Assembly: GCA_040879165.1 (NCBI GenBank)
Contig: JBBDKV010000003.1
Coordinates: 46,838 to 110,837, forward strand
Length of the DNA: 64,000 nt
DNA from: Patescibacteria group bacterium
GTDB taxonomy: Bacteria > Patescibacteriota > Microgenomatia > UBA1400 > PJMF01
Reading direction: 5' to 3'
Both the position numbers and the translations under genes were made by a program. The notes under the pieces are model-generated. The model ran no database searches. It was not told where the DNA came from and saw only the letters and a program-made list of their open reading frames with translations. How positions within the stretch are numbered: the first letter of the stretch is position 1; each line of letters starts with the position of its first letter. Positions 50,083-59,718 of the stretch are shown here, piece by piece.

Positions 50083-51393
50083 ATGACCCAAAAACGCATC
50101 CTCCTCACGCTCCTGTTTGTACTCCTCTTCACGCTCCTGCTCGCACTAATCGCTCAGAGTGCTCATCTTGCTTCAGCTGCTTCTCCCGAAATCATCATCT
50201 CCGAACTCTACCCAGCCCCACCTGCGGGCAGCGGCGAGCCAGAGTGGATCGAGCTTGCCAATGTCAGTGAACAGGATATCGACATCTCTGGCTGGGAAGT
50301 ATGGGATCAGTTGGCGTCACCTGGGCAGCTAAACACATTTGAGCCCGGAACGATGGTGCCTGCCAACTCTTTTTTACTCATTGAACTGACCGTCCACAAA
50401 CTCAACAACACCGGTGACGGCGTGGTGCTGATCCACTCCGATGGTACCATCGTAGACGACTTCTGGTACTCAGGCACTACTGCTAGTAAATCATGGCAGC
50501 GCCAGTCGGCAGACACGACGCAACGTATCCTAACCAATCCTACCCCTAGCGCAGAACACCCAGAATACCCCGTTCTCTCAGCTTCGACAACACAACCATC
50601 TCCATCTCCCCAGCCTTCTCCAACACCAACTCCCTCGCCAGCCTCAACTCCCCAGCCTACCTCAACACCCACGCCCCAACCTACACTCGACCCAACCACA
50701 ATCACCCAACACGTCACCTTTACTGAGTTTGCTGCCTGCCCATCAGGGGGATCAGAGTGGATTGAGCTCTACAATACCAGTCCACAGCTGACGATCACTG
50801 ACTGGGTTGTTCGTGATGCTGGCGGCAATCAGCGCACAATCAGTGGCGAATTACCACCGTTTACTTTTACTCGGTTTTCCTGGGGTGGCTCGTTACTCAA
50901 TAATTCGGGAGATGAATTCTCCATTTTTACAGACACTGACGCGCTGATTGGATCAGCAAGCTATGATTCTTGCACCCTGGGGCTGAGTCATATTTGGGAC
51001 GGCACCAACTGGATTCAGCTTGCACTCGATCTGACTACGAACCCAACACCGACGCCGACGCCATCACCAAGCCCAACTACCCAGCCAGCTCCAACCACCG
51101 AACCAGATTCAACCAAAAATGAAACGGAGCAAGCAGGCTCTGCGACTGAGGCTAATGCCGCGATCCAGGGCGCAACTACTACCACAACTGAGCCGTACCC
51201 TCACACACTGCCCACCTACTCACCACAGCAGCTGCACACAGGTGCCACGATTACCGATTCGGTGATCGAGTTTGAACAATCAGAGCTTCCCAAGTTACCG
51301 ACGCTGAGTGTTATAATGGGTGGATTGCTCCAGCTCTTGCCTGGAGCTGTTAGCTTATATGTCAAACGCACTCAGTCCAGCGATATATCTTAA
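50083..51393 (+). CDS. Surface protein with two Lamin-tail domains separated by Pro/Thr/Ser-rich linkers, and a C-terminal hydrophobic anchor
   Basis: LTD signatures IISELYPAPPAGSGEPEWIELANVSEQDIDISGWEVWD and VTFTEFAACPSGGSEWIELYNTSP...DWVVRD. Linkers PSPSPQPSPTPTPSP and NPTPTPTPSPSPTTQPAPTT. C-terminus ELPKLPTLSVIMGGLLQLLPGAVSLYVKRTQS. Confidence 0.7.
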   Translation: MTQKRILLTLLFVLLFTLLLALIAQSAHLASAASPEIIISELYPAPPAGSGEPEWIELANVSEQDIDISGWEVWDQLASPGQLNTFEPGTMVPANSFLLIELTVHKLNNTGDGVVLIHSDGTIVDDFWYSGTTASKSWQRQSADTTQRILTNPTPSAEHPEYPVLSASTTQPSPSPQPSPTPTPSPASTPQPTSTPTPQPTLDPTTITQHVTFTEFAACPSGGSEWIELYNTSPQLTITDWVVRDAGGNQRTISGELPPFTFTRFSWGGSLLNNSGDEFSIFTDTDALIGSASYDSCTLGLSHIWDGTNWIQLALDLTTNPTPTPTPSPSPTTQPAPTTEPDSTKNETEQAGSATEANAAIQGATTTTTEPYPHTLPTYSPQQLHTGATITDSVIEFEQSELPKLPTLSVIMGGLLQLLPGAVSLYVKRTQSSDIS

Positions 51394-51751
51394 AGCCTAC
51401 CTTCCAGTAGCGGCCTGGGCCTTAACAATTTTCATACTTTCTTCTCAAGGATCTCTTCCTGGATTCTCTGTCTCAGCTGCGGACTTTGTCTTCAAAAAAT
51501 CTGCACATATGTTTGTCTATGCAGTGCTCTATTATCTTTTTTGGCGGGCAGTCCAAAAAACCCATCCTACACCAACCACTTCTCAGACTTTCATCCACTG
51601 GGCACTCCCACTTGGACTGACGCTACTGTACGCAGCGTCGGACGAATTGCATCAAACATTTGTGCCGTACCGCTACGGCACAATCCGTGACGTTGGGTAC
51701 GATATGTTAGGAGCCTGCATTGTATTTTTGCGACAATATCGGTATATTTAG
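51359..51751 (+). CDS. VanZ-like family membrane protein
   Basis: It has the SDELHQTFVPYRYGTIRDVGYDMLG motif. The start is trimmed to the Met at 51359. Confidence 0.65.
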   Translation: MSNALSPAIYLKAYLPVAAWALTIFILSSQGSLPGFSVSAADFVFKKSAHMFVYAVLYYLFWRAVQKTHPTPTTSQTFIHWALPLGLTLLYAASDELHQTFVPYRYGTIRDVGYDMLGACIVFLRQYRYI

Positions 51752-51889
51752 GGATCGACTAATACTTGACTCTGGCTGACTTTCTATTAGACTCTGCCTA
51801 CTGCTCAAAAAAATCGTAATACAAAAAACAGTCCAATTGTCGCAGGTCGCTAGGCTCATCTTGCCACAATTTCAACACTGAAAGGAACT

Positions 51890-52165
51890 ATGACAAAATC
51901 ACAACTGATTGCCGTTGTCGCCAAAAAGGCCCACCTAACAAAAAAAGCCTCGTCAGATGCTATTAACGCACTTTTTGACGAAGTCACTCGCTCACTCCAA
52001 AAAGGTGAGAAGGTGGTCATCTCAGGCTTCGGCACCCTCTATGTCAGCCCGGTCAAAGATAAGCAAGTGGTTCCCTTTGGTAACGAAACCAAACGCCAGA
52101 CTATTCGCGGCCACCGTGTTGTCAACCTCAAAGTAGGCAAACCGCTCAAAAAAGCCGTCTGGTAA
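51890..52165 (+). CDS. HU/IHF-family nucleoid-associated DNA-binding protein
   Basis: 91 aa. It has MTKSQLIAVVAKK and the beta-arm ISGFGTL...R. Confidence 0.85.
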   Translation: MTKSQLIAVVAKKAHLTKKASSDAINALFDEVTRSLQKGEKVVISGFGTLYVSPVKDKQVVPFGNETKRQTIRGHRVVNLKVGKPLKKAVW

Positions 52166-52307
52166 CCCCAGCTCACAACAACCATACGATTTGAGTCACT
52201 TTTTTGATCCTTGAACGCAGGGTGGTCGCTTTTGCTTTCTAATGCATGCCATTTTCAGCACTCACGAGATCAAAAAGTGCAGACTCGTGTTATATAATTA
52301 GTTCCCT

Positions 52308-53312
52308 ATGACTACACAACAGCCTGACATCATCGTCAGAAATCTCACCAAAATCTTTCAAGTCTATCAGAAAAAATCAGGCCTTTGGGGCTCAATCGAG
52401 TCACTCTGGCACCGTGAGCACTATCCAGTAACCGCAGTTGACCACATTAATTTTGATATACAGCGTGGCGAAGTTATCGGTTTCATTGGCCAAAATGGCG
52501 CAGGCAAAACTACCACGCTCAAAATGCTCTCGGGTCTACTCTATCCTACCAGCGGAAAAGTGTCGGTACTTGGTCATAACCCCTGGGATCGGCAGCCCGA
52601 ATTTCAAAAACAATTTGCGCTGGTGATGGGGCAAAAAAATCAATTATGGTGGGATCTGCCGCCCATGGAAACTTTTTTGCTCAATAAGGCAATCTATGAA
52701 ATTCCCGAGGCGCATTTTCATAAAACCCTTGATCAATTAGTGGAGATGCTTGATGTGGGCAGCGTTATTCGAGTCCAAACCCGCAAGCTGTCACTAGGGC
52801 AGCGCATGAAGTGTGAGCTGATCGCTTCGCTACTACACACACCACAGGTGCTGTTTCTTGATGAACCGACTATCGGACTCGACGTCGTGATGCAAAAAAC
52901 TGTCCGAGATTTTATCAAACAGTACAACCAAGAATTTGGCGCCACCATCATTCTCACTAGTCACTACATGGAAGATGTTCAGGAGCTTTGTAAGCGCGCC
53001 ATCGTGATTCATCAGGGCAAAAAAATGTTCGATGGCGCGCTCAACCAACTCATTGATCAGTACGCGCGCAATAAAATCCTTTCACTAACCTTTGACAAAA
53101 CCATTCCCCAAAAAGACCTCAAAAAGTTTGGCACCCTCAAGTCACATGATGCCACTGCGGCTACACTGCTTGTTCCTCGCCGACAAGCCACTAAAGCCGC
53201 TTCTCAACTTCTCCAGCAGTACACCATTTCTGATGTCAATATCGAGGAGCCTCCCATTGAAGCTATTATCCGCGAAGTATTTGCAGATCAGTCGAACCAG
53301 GCTCAGAAATAA
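52308..53312 (+). CDS. ABC transporter ATP-binding protein (COG4586-like, ABC-2 type)
   Basis: It has Walker A GQNGAGKTT, the signature LSLGQRMKCEL, and Walker B LFLDEPTIGLD. Confidence 0.88.
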   Translation: MTTQQPDIIVRNLTKIFQVYQKKSGLWGSIESLWHREHYPVTAVDHINFDIQRGEVIGFIGQNGAGKTTTLKMLSGLLYPTSGKVSVLGHNPWDRQPEFQKQFALVMGQKNQLWWDLPPMETFLLNKAIYEIPEAHFHKTLDQLVEMLDVGSVIRVQTRKLSLGQRMKCELIASLLHTPQVLFLDEPTIGLDVVMQKTVRDFIKQYNQEFGATIILTSHYMEDVQELCKRAIVIHQGKKMFDGALNQLIDQYARNKILSLTFDKTIPQKDLKKFGTLKSHDATAATLLVPRRQATKAASQLLQQYTISDVNIEEPPIEAIIREVFADQSNQAQK

Positions 53313-53330
53313 CCACCGAGAAACACAGAT

Positions 53331-54122
53331 ATGAGCAAGTATATTCAACTATTTTCACTCTATTGGCAAAATGGGCTGGTGTACCGAACAAACCTGATTC
53401 TTTGGCGATTTCGGCAGTTCCTGTCAGCTCTGATGGCACTCACAGTCTGGTCAGTGGTCTTTACTGGTCAAGAACAAGTTTTTGGTTATGACACTGGTGG
53501 CATGATTGCCTATGTTTTCATTGCCTCATTTCTGCAAAGCCTCGTCCTCGCCACTGCGCTCCACGGTCTGGCGCAACGCGTCTACAGCGGCGAAGTCAGT
53601 ATGCTGCTCACCAAGCCCATCAATTTTTTTGGCACGCTAGCCATTGAAGATCTGGCTGATAAATCACGCAACATTCTCTTTATTTTCGTCGAGATGGGGC
53701 TACTGTATCTGTTATTTATGCCCACCATTCCGCTACCTGGACTACAAACCTGGCTCATATTTGGCCTGCTGGCTAGTATGGGAGCCGTGTTGCATTTCAT
53801 CATTTCTTTGCTCTTTGGTACGTTGGGATTTTTTAGCCCGGAGACCTGGGGACCAAAGTTTTTATTTTTTGTGATTGTGGATTTTACTGCTGGCAAACTG
53901 TTCCCGCTGGATATTCTCCCCGAAGTCGTCCAGAAGATTCTCTTTCTGACCCCATTTCCCTATTTTTCATTTGTGCAGACGCAAGTTTTCCTCGAAAAGT
54001 ACACGCAACCCGAATTGCTCAACCACATACTCGTGCTGGCAGGCTGGCTGATTGGCCTGAGCGTACTCAATTCTTGGCTCTGGAAGAAGGGGATGCGTGA
54101 GTACACCGCAGCAGGACACTAA
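53331..54122 (+). CDS. ABC-2 family permease (COG4587/COG3694-like)
   Basis: 263 aa, 6 TM. Confidence 0.65.
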   Translation: MSKYIQLFSLYWQNGLVYRTNLILWRFRQFLSALMALTVWSVVFTGQEQVFGYDTGGMIAYVFIASFLQSLVLATALHGLAQRVYSGEVSMLLTKPINFFGTLAIEDLADKSRNILFIFVEMGLLYLLFMPTIPLPGLQTWLIFGLLASMGAVLHFIISLLFGTLGFFSPETWGPKFLFFVIVDFTAGKLFPLDILPEVVQKILFLTPFPYFSFVQTQVFLEKYTQPELLNHILVLAGWLIGLSVLNSWLWKKGMREYTAAGH

Positions 54123-54174
54123 AATCACGAGGCGACCACCTTGCTCGGTATAATTAGTGTAGGACTTATATACG

Positions 54175-54972
54175 ATGCTAAAACGACTACACTTCTACTG
54201 GCGAATTTGGCTCCTCTGGGCAACCAACGCTTTTCAGGCTACTTTTGTCAATCGAGGCACCAACGCTATTTTCCTAATTGCCAAACTCGCTCGTTTTGGC
54301 ATGTCACTGGTCTTTCTCTTACTCCTGCGGCAGAACATTGATTCGTTCGCGCAGTACTCAACAGATGAACTTGTCGTTTTTTTCTTGATTTATCAATGGA
54401 TTGATCTATTTTCTCAATCAGTCTTTCGGGGAGTGTATAAATTTGGGCAGTTAGTCAGGAATGGCGAGTTCGACTTTGATCTGCTCAAGCCCATTCATCC
54501 CCTCTTTCGCGCCCTGATGGGAAGTCCAGACATCAATGACGTACTGCTCATTTTGCCAACTATTGGTGTATCGATCTGGATTCTCAGTTTTCTTGAAGTG
54601 AGCATTACCTTGGGCAGCGTGCTTGGCTTTAGCGTGTTGGCGCTCAATGGACTACTGATCGCCACCGCACTACATATCTGCGTTCTTTCCTTGGCAATTA
54701 TAACAACGGACATTGACAGCATGGTTTGGCTCTATCGCGACCTGAGTCGACTTGGCCAGTTTCCAGTTACGATGTACATGGAGCTAGTGCGTTTCTCCCT
54801 CTTTTTCCTGGTGCCGATCGGCATGATGATCACCATTCCTGCCGAGGTTTTACTGAATATTGAACCAAGTCAGGCAATTTGGGTAACGCTGGTGATTGGC
54901 GGAGGATTTTTTGCCGCGAGCATCGCGCTCTGGAATTGGAGCCTCAAGCGATATACTAGCGCGAGCAGTTAA
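54175..54972 (+). CDS. ABC-2 family permease, second subunit
   Basis: 265 aa, 6 TM. It is a paralogous partner of the preceding gene. Confidence 0.65.
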   Translation: MLKRLHFYWRIWLLWATNAFQATFVNRGTNAIFLIAKLARFGMSLVFLLLLRQNIDSFAQYSTDELVVFFLIYQWIDLFSQSVFRGVYKFGQLVRNGEFDFDLLKPIHPLFRALMGSPDINDVLLILPTIGVSIWILSFLEVSITLGSVLGFSVLALNGLLIATALHICVLSLAIITTDIDSMVWLYRDLSRLGQFPVTMYMELVRFSLFFLVPIGMMITIPAEVLLNIEPSQAIWVTLVIGGGFFAASIALWNWSLKRYTSASS

Positions 54973-54974
54973 GT

Positions 54975-55262
54975 TCATTTATTTTGTCGAAATGACACTT
55001 CAAGAGTCAAATCAAGAGCTGATGCAAGTCTTCGCAGAAATGAAAGAGATGGCAACGATTTTCCACTTTCCACTCGAGAGATTACTGACTGCCGAGTCTG
55101 CAATTTTTCAGCCAGATCTTGCTGTGATAAGTTCAATTCAACTCGAGCCTTAAGGAGGTGTCTAGCGATTTGATACTCAAGAGCATTGTCTTGCAAAGCT
55201 TCCAAAAAGCTCGGATTTTTTAGTAGTATTTTTTTGTGTTGTTGCCAGTCCATAATTATCAT
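54975..55262 (-). CDS. XRE-family HTH antitoxin (HigA-like)
   Basis: It has the HTH_3 signature LSQQDLAEKLQTRQSVISRVESGK. The start is trimmed to the internal Met so that it does not overlap the toxin stop at 55285. Confidence 0.75.
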   Translation of the reverse strand: MIIMDWQQHKKILLKNPSFLEALQDNALEYQIARHLLKARVELNLSQQDLAEKLQTRQSVISRVESGKSLPSLSFLRRLASALDLTLEVSFRQNK

Positions 55263-55284
55263 ATTATCATGATATTGTGATAAT

Positions 55285-55635
55285 TCAATATCTACTTTTA
55301 AACTCTTGCAATCTCCGTTCAGCCAGTTGAACATCCTTCCTATCGATTTTCTGTTTCTTTTTATAAAAAGCATGTAACAAAACAAACGTTTTGTCACTTG
55401 CTGCTGCATACAAAATCCGAATACTGTCGTTACCCACTATTCGCAACTCCCAAATTCCACTGACGGTAAGCTTTTTGGCAAACAGTGGTCTCACGCCAAT
55501 TCCGAACTCCTCCAACAGTTCCAAACTGTTATACATTTTTGCTTGCTCCTGAACCTGAGCTGCTTCAATAAAGTCATATACCGACGAACTGCCGCGGCGA
55601 TTTCTATAATAGACAATTTTCCAAGTTCTGCACAT
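55285..55635 (-). CDS. HigB/Gp49-like (RelE/ParE superfamily) type II toxin
   Basis: It has GIWELRIVGNDSIRILY...FVLLHAFYKK, typical of phage Gp49-like/HigB toxins. The toxin lies upstream of the HTH antitoxin, as in higBA. Confidence 0.7.
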   Translation of the reverse strand: MCRTWKIVYYRNRRGSSSVYDFIEAAQVQEQAKMYNSLELLEEFGIGVRPLFAKKLTVSGIWELRIVGNDSIRILYAAASDKTFVLLHAFYKKKQKIDRKDVQLAERRLQEFKSRY

Positions 55636-55718
55636 CAAACAGATACTATCAATGCACCGAGTACTCAACCGTAGGAAAAGTTGTCAAGAATCTGCGAAAA
55701 CAAAAGATTAAAGGCAGC

Positions 55719-56237
55719 TTACCGCTTCGGAGATTGGCGCTGACGTCGGGCTTTACCACCCATGCCAATTTTGCGCGTCTCTTTCATGCGATCATCTCTA
55801 GTGAGGAGATCTTCAGTCTTAAGCAAGGTTTTGAATTCAGGATCAAAAGTAACTAGAGCGCGTGAGATACCGTGAAGCAGTGCGTCAAGCTGAGCGTTAA
55901 TACCAGCACCAGAAACCTTGGCTACCACCGAAAAAGTGCCTTCTGTGCCAGTCAGCTTAAATGGTAAAAGATAGCGTTTATCAGCGTGAGCAATGTTTCC
56001 AAAATAGGAGCCGACCACCTGGTCATTGACAATAAAATCGCCGTCGGCTTTGTACAATCTTACTCGAGCAGTAGCAACTTTGCGGCGACCGACACCTTCA
56101 GTGTATTGACCCTTTGGGTACGAGAGCTCAACTTGTAATTGCTTGGGCTGAGTAGGACTCTTTTTAGTTGGAGCAGCCACTACTTTTTTGACTACTTTTT
56201 TAACTTTGGTGTTTTTCTTATTTAATTTCAGTGCCAT
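55719..56237 (-). CDS. rpsI: 30S ribosomal protein S9 with a ~40-aa Lys-rich N-terminal extension
   Basis: The core runs GRRKVATARVRL...GGKARRQRQSPKR. The extension is MALKLNKKNTKVKKVVKKVVAAPTKK. Confidence 0.9.
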   Translation of the reverse strand: MALKLNKKNTKVKKVVKKVVAAPTKKSPTQPKQLQVELSYPKGQYTEGVGRRKVATARVRLYKADGDFIVNDQVVGSYFGNIAHADKRYLLPFKLTGTEGTFSVVAKVSGAGINAQLDALLHGISRALVTFDPEFKTLLKTEDLLTRDDRMKETRKIGMGGKARRQRQSPKR

Positions 56238-56239
56238 GA

Positions 56240-56680
56240 TTACGCTTCCTTTGTTTCTGCTTGAGAGAACTGACTTTTGTGTGGGTGCTGATCGGCAGCG
56301 TAGACTTTAAGACGAATCATTCTGTCGCTGCGCAACTTATTCTTAGGTAACATAGTATATACCGCTTTTTCAATAATTCGCTCAGGGTATTTTGCCTGCA
56401 ACTCTGCGTAGGTTTCTTCTTTAAGCCCTCCCATATACCCTGAGTGGCGACGATACAGTTTGGTTTCTTCCTTATTACCAGTAACGGCAACTTCGGCAGC
56501 ATTAACAACCACTACGTAATCACCAGCATCAATATGTGGAGTGTATTCTTTTTTGTGCTTGCCAATTAATTTTTGAGCAATTTCACTAGCAACACGGCCG
56601 AGAATTTTATCTGACGCGTCAACTAAGTGCCAGTGACGGACAACTGCTTCTTTTGGTTGCATGAATGTTTTGTTCTGCAT
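56240..56680 (-). CDS. rplM: 50S ribosomal protein L13
   Basis: VVRHWHLVDA...GRVASEIA, the L13 N-terminal signature. Confidence 0.9.
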   Translation of the reverse strand: MQNKTFMQPKEAVVRHWHLVDASDKILGRVASEIAQKLIGKHKKEYTPHIDAGDYVVVVNAAEVAVTGNKEETKLYRRHSGYMGGLKEETYAELQAKYPERIIEKAVYTMLPKNKLRSDRMIRLKVYAADQHPHKSQFSQAETKEA

Positions 56681-56688
56681 ACGGGTCT

Positions 56689-57228
56689 TTATTTGCTTGC
56701 TTTCTTTGTAGTGATTGCTTTTTTGGTAGATGCTGTCTTCTTGACTGGTTTTTTAGCTGCTGATTTTGTTGTTGCTGTTTTTTTTGCAACAGTAGATTTT
56801 TTGGCTGGTGCCGCTTTTTTGGTAGCTGCATGAGCTTTTGGAGCAGGGTTGCGAACAGAACCAGTTATTTTTGGCATATCCACCCAAGCAATTTGAGCTA
56901 GCTGAGCGTTATCTCCCACGCGAATACCCTGTCGAACGATGCGGGTAAAGCCAGAGGTTCGCGTACTAACTGCTGGTACAATTTGCTCAACGAGCGTATT
57001 AACAACGTCACGCTTACCAAAGAAACGATGCAGTACTCGACGAGCAGCAATGGAGTCCTTTTTTGCAGTAGTAATCAATTTATCCACCAGGCGTTTCAAT
57101 TCTTTTGCTTTTGGCTCAGTGGTAACGATTGATCCATGCGTCACCAATTCACGCGCTAAGTTTTTTAACAAACTTGCACGTTGTTTAGTGTTGCGATTGA
57201 GCGTTCTTCCGCTAACTCGATGTCTCAT
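56689..57228 (-). CDS. rplQ: 50S ribosomal protein L17 with a ~60-aa K/A/T-rich C-terminal tail
   Basis: MRHRVSGRTLNRNTKQR...SGFTRI core, then the tail KKAAPAKKSTVAKKTATTKSAAKK. Confidence 0.9.
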   Translation of the reverse strand: MRHRVSGRTLNRNTKQRASLLKNLARELVTHGSIVTTEPKAKELKRLVDKLITTAKKDSIAARRVLHRFFGKRDVVNTLVEQIVPAVSTRTSGFTRIVRQGIRVGDNAQLAQIAWVDMPKITGSVRNPAPKAHAATKKAAPAKKSTVAKKTATTKSAAKKPVKKTASTKKAITTKKASK

Positions 57229-57245
57229 ATACTGTTGTCAGTTGG

Positions 57246-58190
57246 TTATTCACCCAGACTAACACCTTTCTTCTGCAATGCTTCATCAACTACACCAACA
57301 CTCTTTTCACCAAGGTTCTTGACCTTAGCAATCGTCATGCGGGGCGCACCTGAGAGGTCGCCGACTGTCTTGAAGCCACCTTTGCGCAGTGCATTAGCAA
57401 TACGAGTTGGCAAATCAAGCTCTTCAACTGTCAGGCGTAATGCCTCTGCTTCTTCTGGACTCAGTGATTGATCTAGTTTTGGTGCCTCAACTGCCACTGG
57501 TGTAACAATTTGATTAAATTGCTTTGTCAAAATTTCTGCAGCTGTGCGAACAGCAGCAGCCGGAGCAATAGTGCCATCGGTAACCACGTCCAGTATCAAC
57601 TGATCATAGTCTGTTCGACGTCCAACACGAGTGGACTCGACTTTGTAAGAGACTTTGACGATTGGAGAGAATAGGGCATCAAGGGCAATTTCACCTATTG
57701 CAGCCGTATTTTTTTCATCAGCTACTTCGTATCCCAACCCTGATTCTGCGGTCATTTCTAATTCAAAGCTGTGACCTTTTGCCACCGTAGCAATGTGCTG
57801 ATCAGTGTTGACGACTTCAAAACCAGCTTCTGCTTCAATATCTGCAGCTGTCACTGTTTTAGGACCAGTCACCTGTAAGCGAAGAATGCCCTCGCCTTCT
57901 TGTGTTGAGCGCAATCGAACTTGCTTTAGGTTGAGCGTCACATCAAGCACGTCTTCAGTCACGCCTGCAATAGCAGAAAATTGATGATCTGCACCTGTAA
58001 GGCGAACTTTAGTTAAGGCACAGCCTGAGAGTGAGGATAAGAGTACCCTGCGCAAGGCATTGCCGAGCGTATGACCATATCCCTGCTCTAATGGCTCAAT
58101 GGTAATAGTGCCATGATTATCCGTGTGCACCTTCTCACTGATTTGAAATGAGGGCTGTAAGACCTGTGTGTGTGAGTCTTGATTTTTCAT
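57246..58190 (-). CDS. rpoA: DNA-directed RNA polymerase subunit alpha
   Basis: It has the GYGHTLGNALRRVLLSSL motif and a C-terminal alpha-CTD (RIANALRKGGFKTVGDL). Confidence 0.92.
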   Translation of the reverse strand: MKNQDSHTQVLQPSFQISEKVHTDNHGTITIEPLEQGYGHTLGNALRRVLLSSLSGCALTKVRLTGADHQFSAIAGVTEDVLDVTLNLKQVRLRSTQEGEGILRLQVTGPKTVTAADIEAEAGFEVVNTDQHIATVAKGHSFELEMTAESGLGYEVADEKNTAAIGEIALDALFSPIVKVSYKVESTRVGRRTDYDQLILDVVTDGTIAPAAAVRTAAEILTKQFNQIVTPVAVEAPKLDQSLSPEEAEALRLTVEELDLPTRIANALRKGGFKTVGDLSGAPRMTIAKVKNLGEKSVGVVDEALQKKGVSLGE

Positions 58191-58277
58191 ATTATGTTTT
58201 CCTTGTTTCTCCTCTTCTTTGCTTTTGCAAAGAAAATCTGTATCTGGATACTACTACTTTACTACTGACTTTTTTGG

Positions 58278-58883
58278 TTAGCGTGAGTAATACTCAATCA
58301 CTAATTGCTCCTCAATAACTTCTGTTACATCTTTTCTTTGAGGCAGACGGGCTATTTTACCAGCAGACTGCTTTTTCTCCAACCATTCGGGGAGTACTGG
58401 TTCATTTTCAAGCAATTCTGCCACCACTGGTATCTTAGTTGCCTTGCTGGCAAGCATAATTACATCATCCACCGTAACCCTATATGATGGAATGTTCATT
58501 TTTTTGCCATTTACTTGAATGTGACCGTGCGAAACCAGCTGTCGGGCTGCTGCGCGAGTGCCTGCCCAGCCAAGTCTAAAAATGACATTGTCTAAGCGAC
58601 GCTCCAAGAAACTGAGTAACAGCTCGCCTGTAGCTAGATCAGTACTACTTGCTGTAGCGTATAAGCTACGGAGTTGTTTTTCGGTGATACCATAAATGTA
58701 GCGAATTTTTTGTTTCTCACGCAACTGCACGCCATAGTCTGAGACCTTGCGTCGACCCTTAGCGCCGTGTTGACCTGGGCGAATCGTCAGGCGGCGGCTA
58801 GCTTTGAGCGGGTTGGTTTTGAGATTAAGATCTTCACCAATTTGTCGCGCTCGTTTTGTTTGTGGTCCAGTGTATCTTGACAT
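58278..58883 (-). CDS. rpsD: 30S ribosomal protein S4
   Basis: It starts MSRYTGPQTKRARQ and has a C-terminal S4 domain. The start is trimmed to MSRY. Confidence 0.9.
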   Translation of the reverse strand: MSRYTGPQTKRARQIGEDLNLKTNPLKASRRLTIRPGQHGAKGRRKVSDYGVQLREKQKIRYIYGITEKQLRSLYATASSTDLATGELLLSFLERRLDNVIFRLGWAGTRAAARQLVSHGHIQVNGKKMNIPSYRVTVDDVIMLASKATKIPVVAELLENEPVLPEWLEKKQSAGKIARLPQRKDVTEVIEEQLVIEYYSR

Positions 58884-58890
58884 AGTTGCT

Positions 58891-59295
58891 TTATTTATTA
58901 TGCTTTGCTTTACGTGGTCGAGTGCCATTGTGTGGAATTGGCGTCATATCCGCAATCATGGTGACCCGAATACCTTGAGCCCGCAGCACTCGCAGTGCCA
59001 CATCTCTCCCTGGACCTGGTCCTTTGAGATAGACAGCCATCTGTTGCATGCCGTAGTTTCTGGCTTTATTGATGGCATTCTCAATGGTAATGGTTGCGGC
59101 GTAGGGAGTCGATTTTCGCGATCCAGTGAATCCTGACTCTCCAGCGGTTGACCAACAAAGCACATTACCACCGTCATCGGTGATACTGGCGAGAGTGCTA
59201 TTAAAAGTAGCCGTCACGTACAAACGACCTCTAGAAACCGATTGCTGTGCCGCTCGTTTTGGTTTTTTAGTTGTTGTAGGTTTTGCTGTTGCCAT
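58891..59295 (-). CDS. rpsK: 30S ribosomal protein S11
   Basis: GRLYVTATFNSTLASITDDGGNVLCWSTAG. Confidence 0.92.
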   Translation of the reverse strand: MATAKPTTTKKPKRAAQQSVSRGRLYVTATFNSTLASITDDGGNVLCWSTAGESGFTGSRKSTPYAATITIENAINKARNYGMQQMAVYLKGPGPGRDVALRVLRAQGIRVTMIADMTPIPHNGTRPRKAKHNK

Positions 59296-59307
59296 ACTGG
59301 TTCTTTA

Positions 59308-59712
59308 TTACTTTTTTGAATCGTCTAATTTTGCTGCCATTTCTTTACTGAGTGCACCAACGGTACGACGTCTGCCACCACCTCGGGCAGTTCGGCTGTT
59401 AGTACGTGTGCGCTGACCTCGACCTGGTAGCTTTGCTGTGTGACGTGAGCCACGATATGATTTAATACGTTTGTGACGATCAATATTATCGTTTATCATG
59501 CGACGCAAATCTCCTTCAGTAGGAAACCGCTCAAGCGCACGCTGAATTCGATTGACTTCATCTGCTGTCAAATCTCGTGTTCTCTTATCTACGTCTACAT
59601 TGGCCTCTTGCAGGACAGCATTTGACGTATCAATACCAACACCATAGATAGAACAGAGTGAGTAGGCTACTTTTTTATGTTCTGGTAAGTCTACACCGGC
59701 AATACGAATCAT
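59308..59712 (-). CDS. rpsM: 30S ribosomal protein S13
   Basis: MIRIAGVDLP...SYRGSRH. Confidence 0.92.
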   Translation of the reverse strand: MIRIAGVDLPEHKKVAYSLCSIYGVGIDTSNAVLQEANVDVDKRTRDLTADEVNRIQRALERFPTEGDLRRMINDNIDRHKRIKSYRGSRHTAKLPGRGQRTRTNSRTARGGGRRRTVGALSKEMAAKLDDSKK

Positions 59713-59718
59713 ACGCGC

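Noticed and set aside
50560-51130. Pro/Thr/Ser tandem nucleotide repeats as a possible repeat element
   Set aside because: They are in-frame coding linkers of the LTD surface protein, not non-coding repeats.
56619-56833. 70- and 68-aa ORFs overlapping the L17 3' end
   Set aside because: They lie inside the K/A-rich tail-coding region of rplQ and are alternative-frame artefacts.
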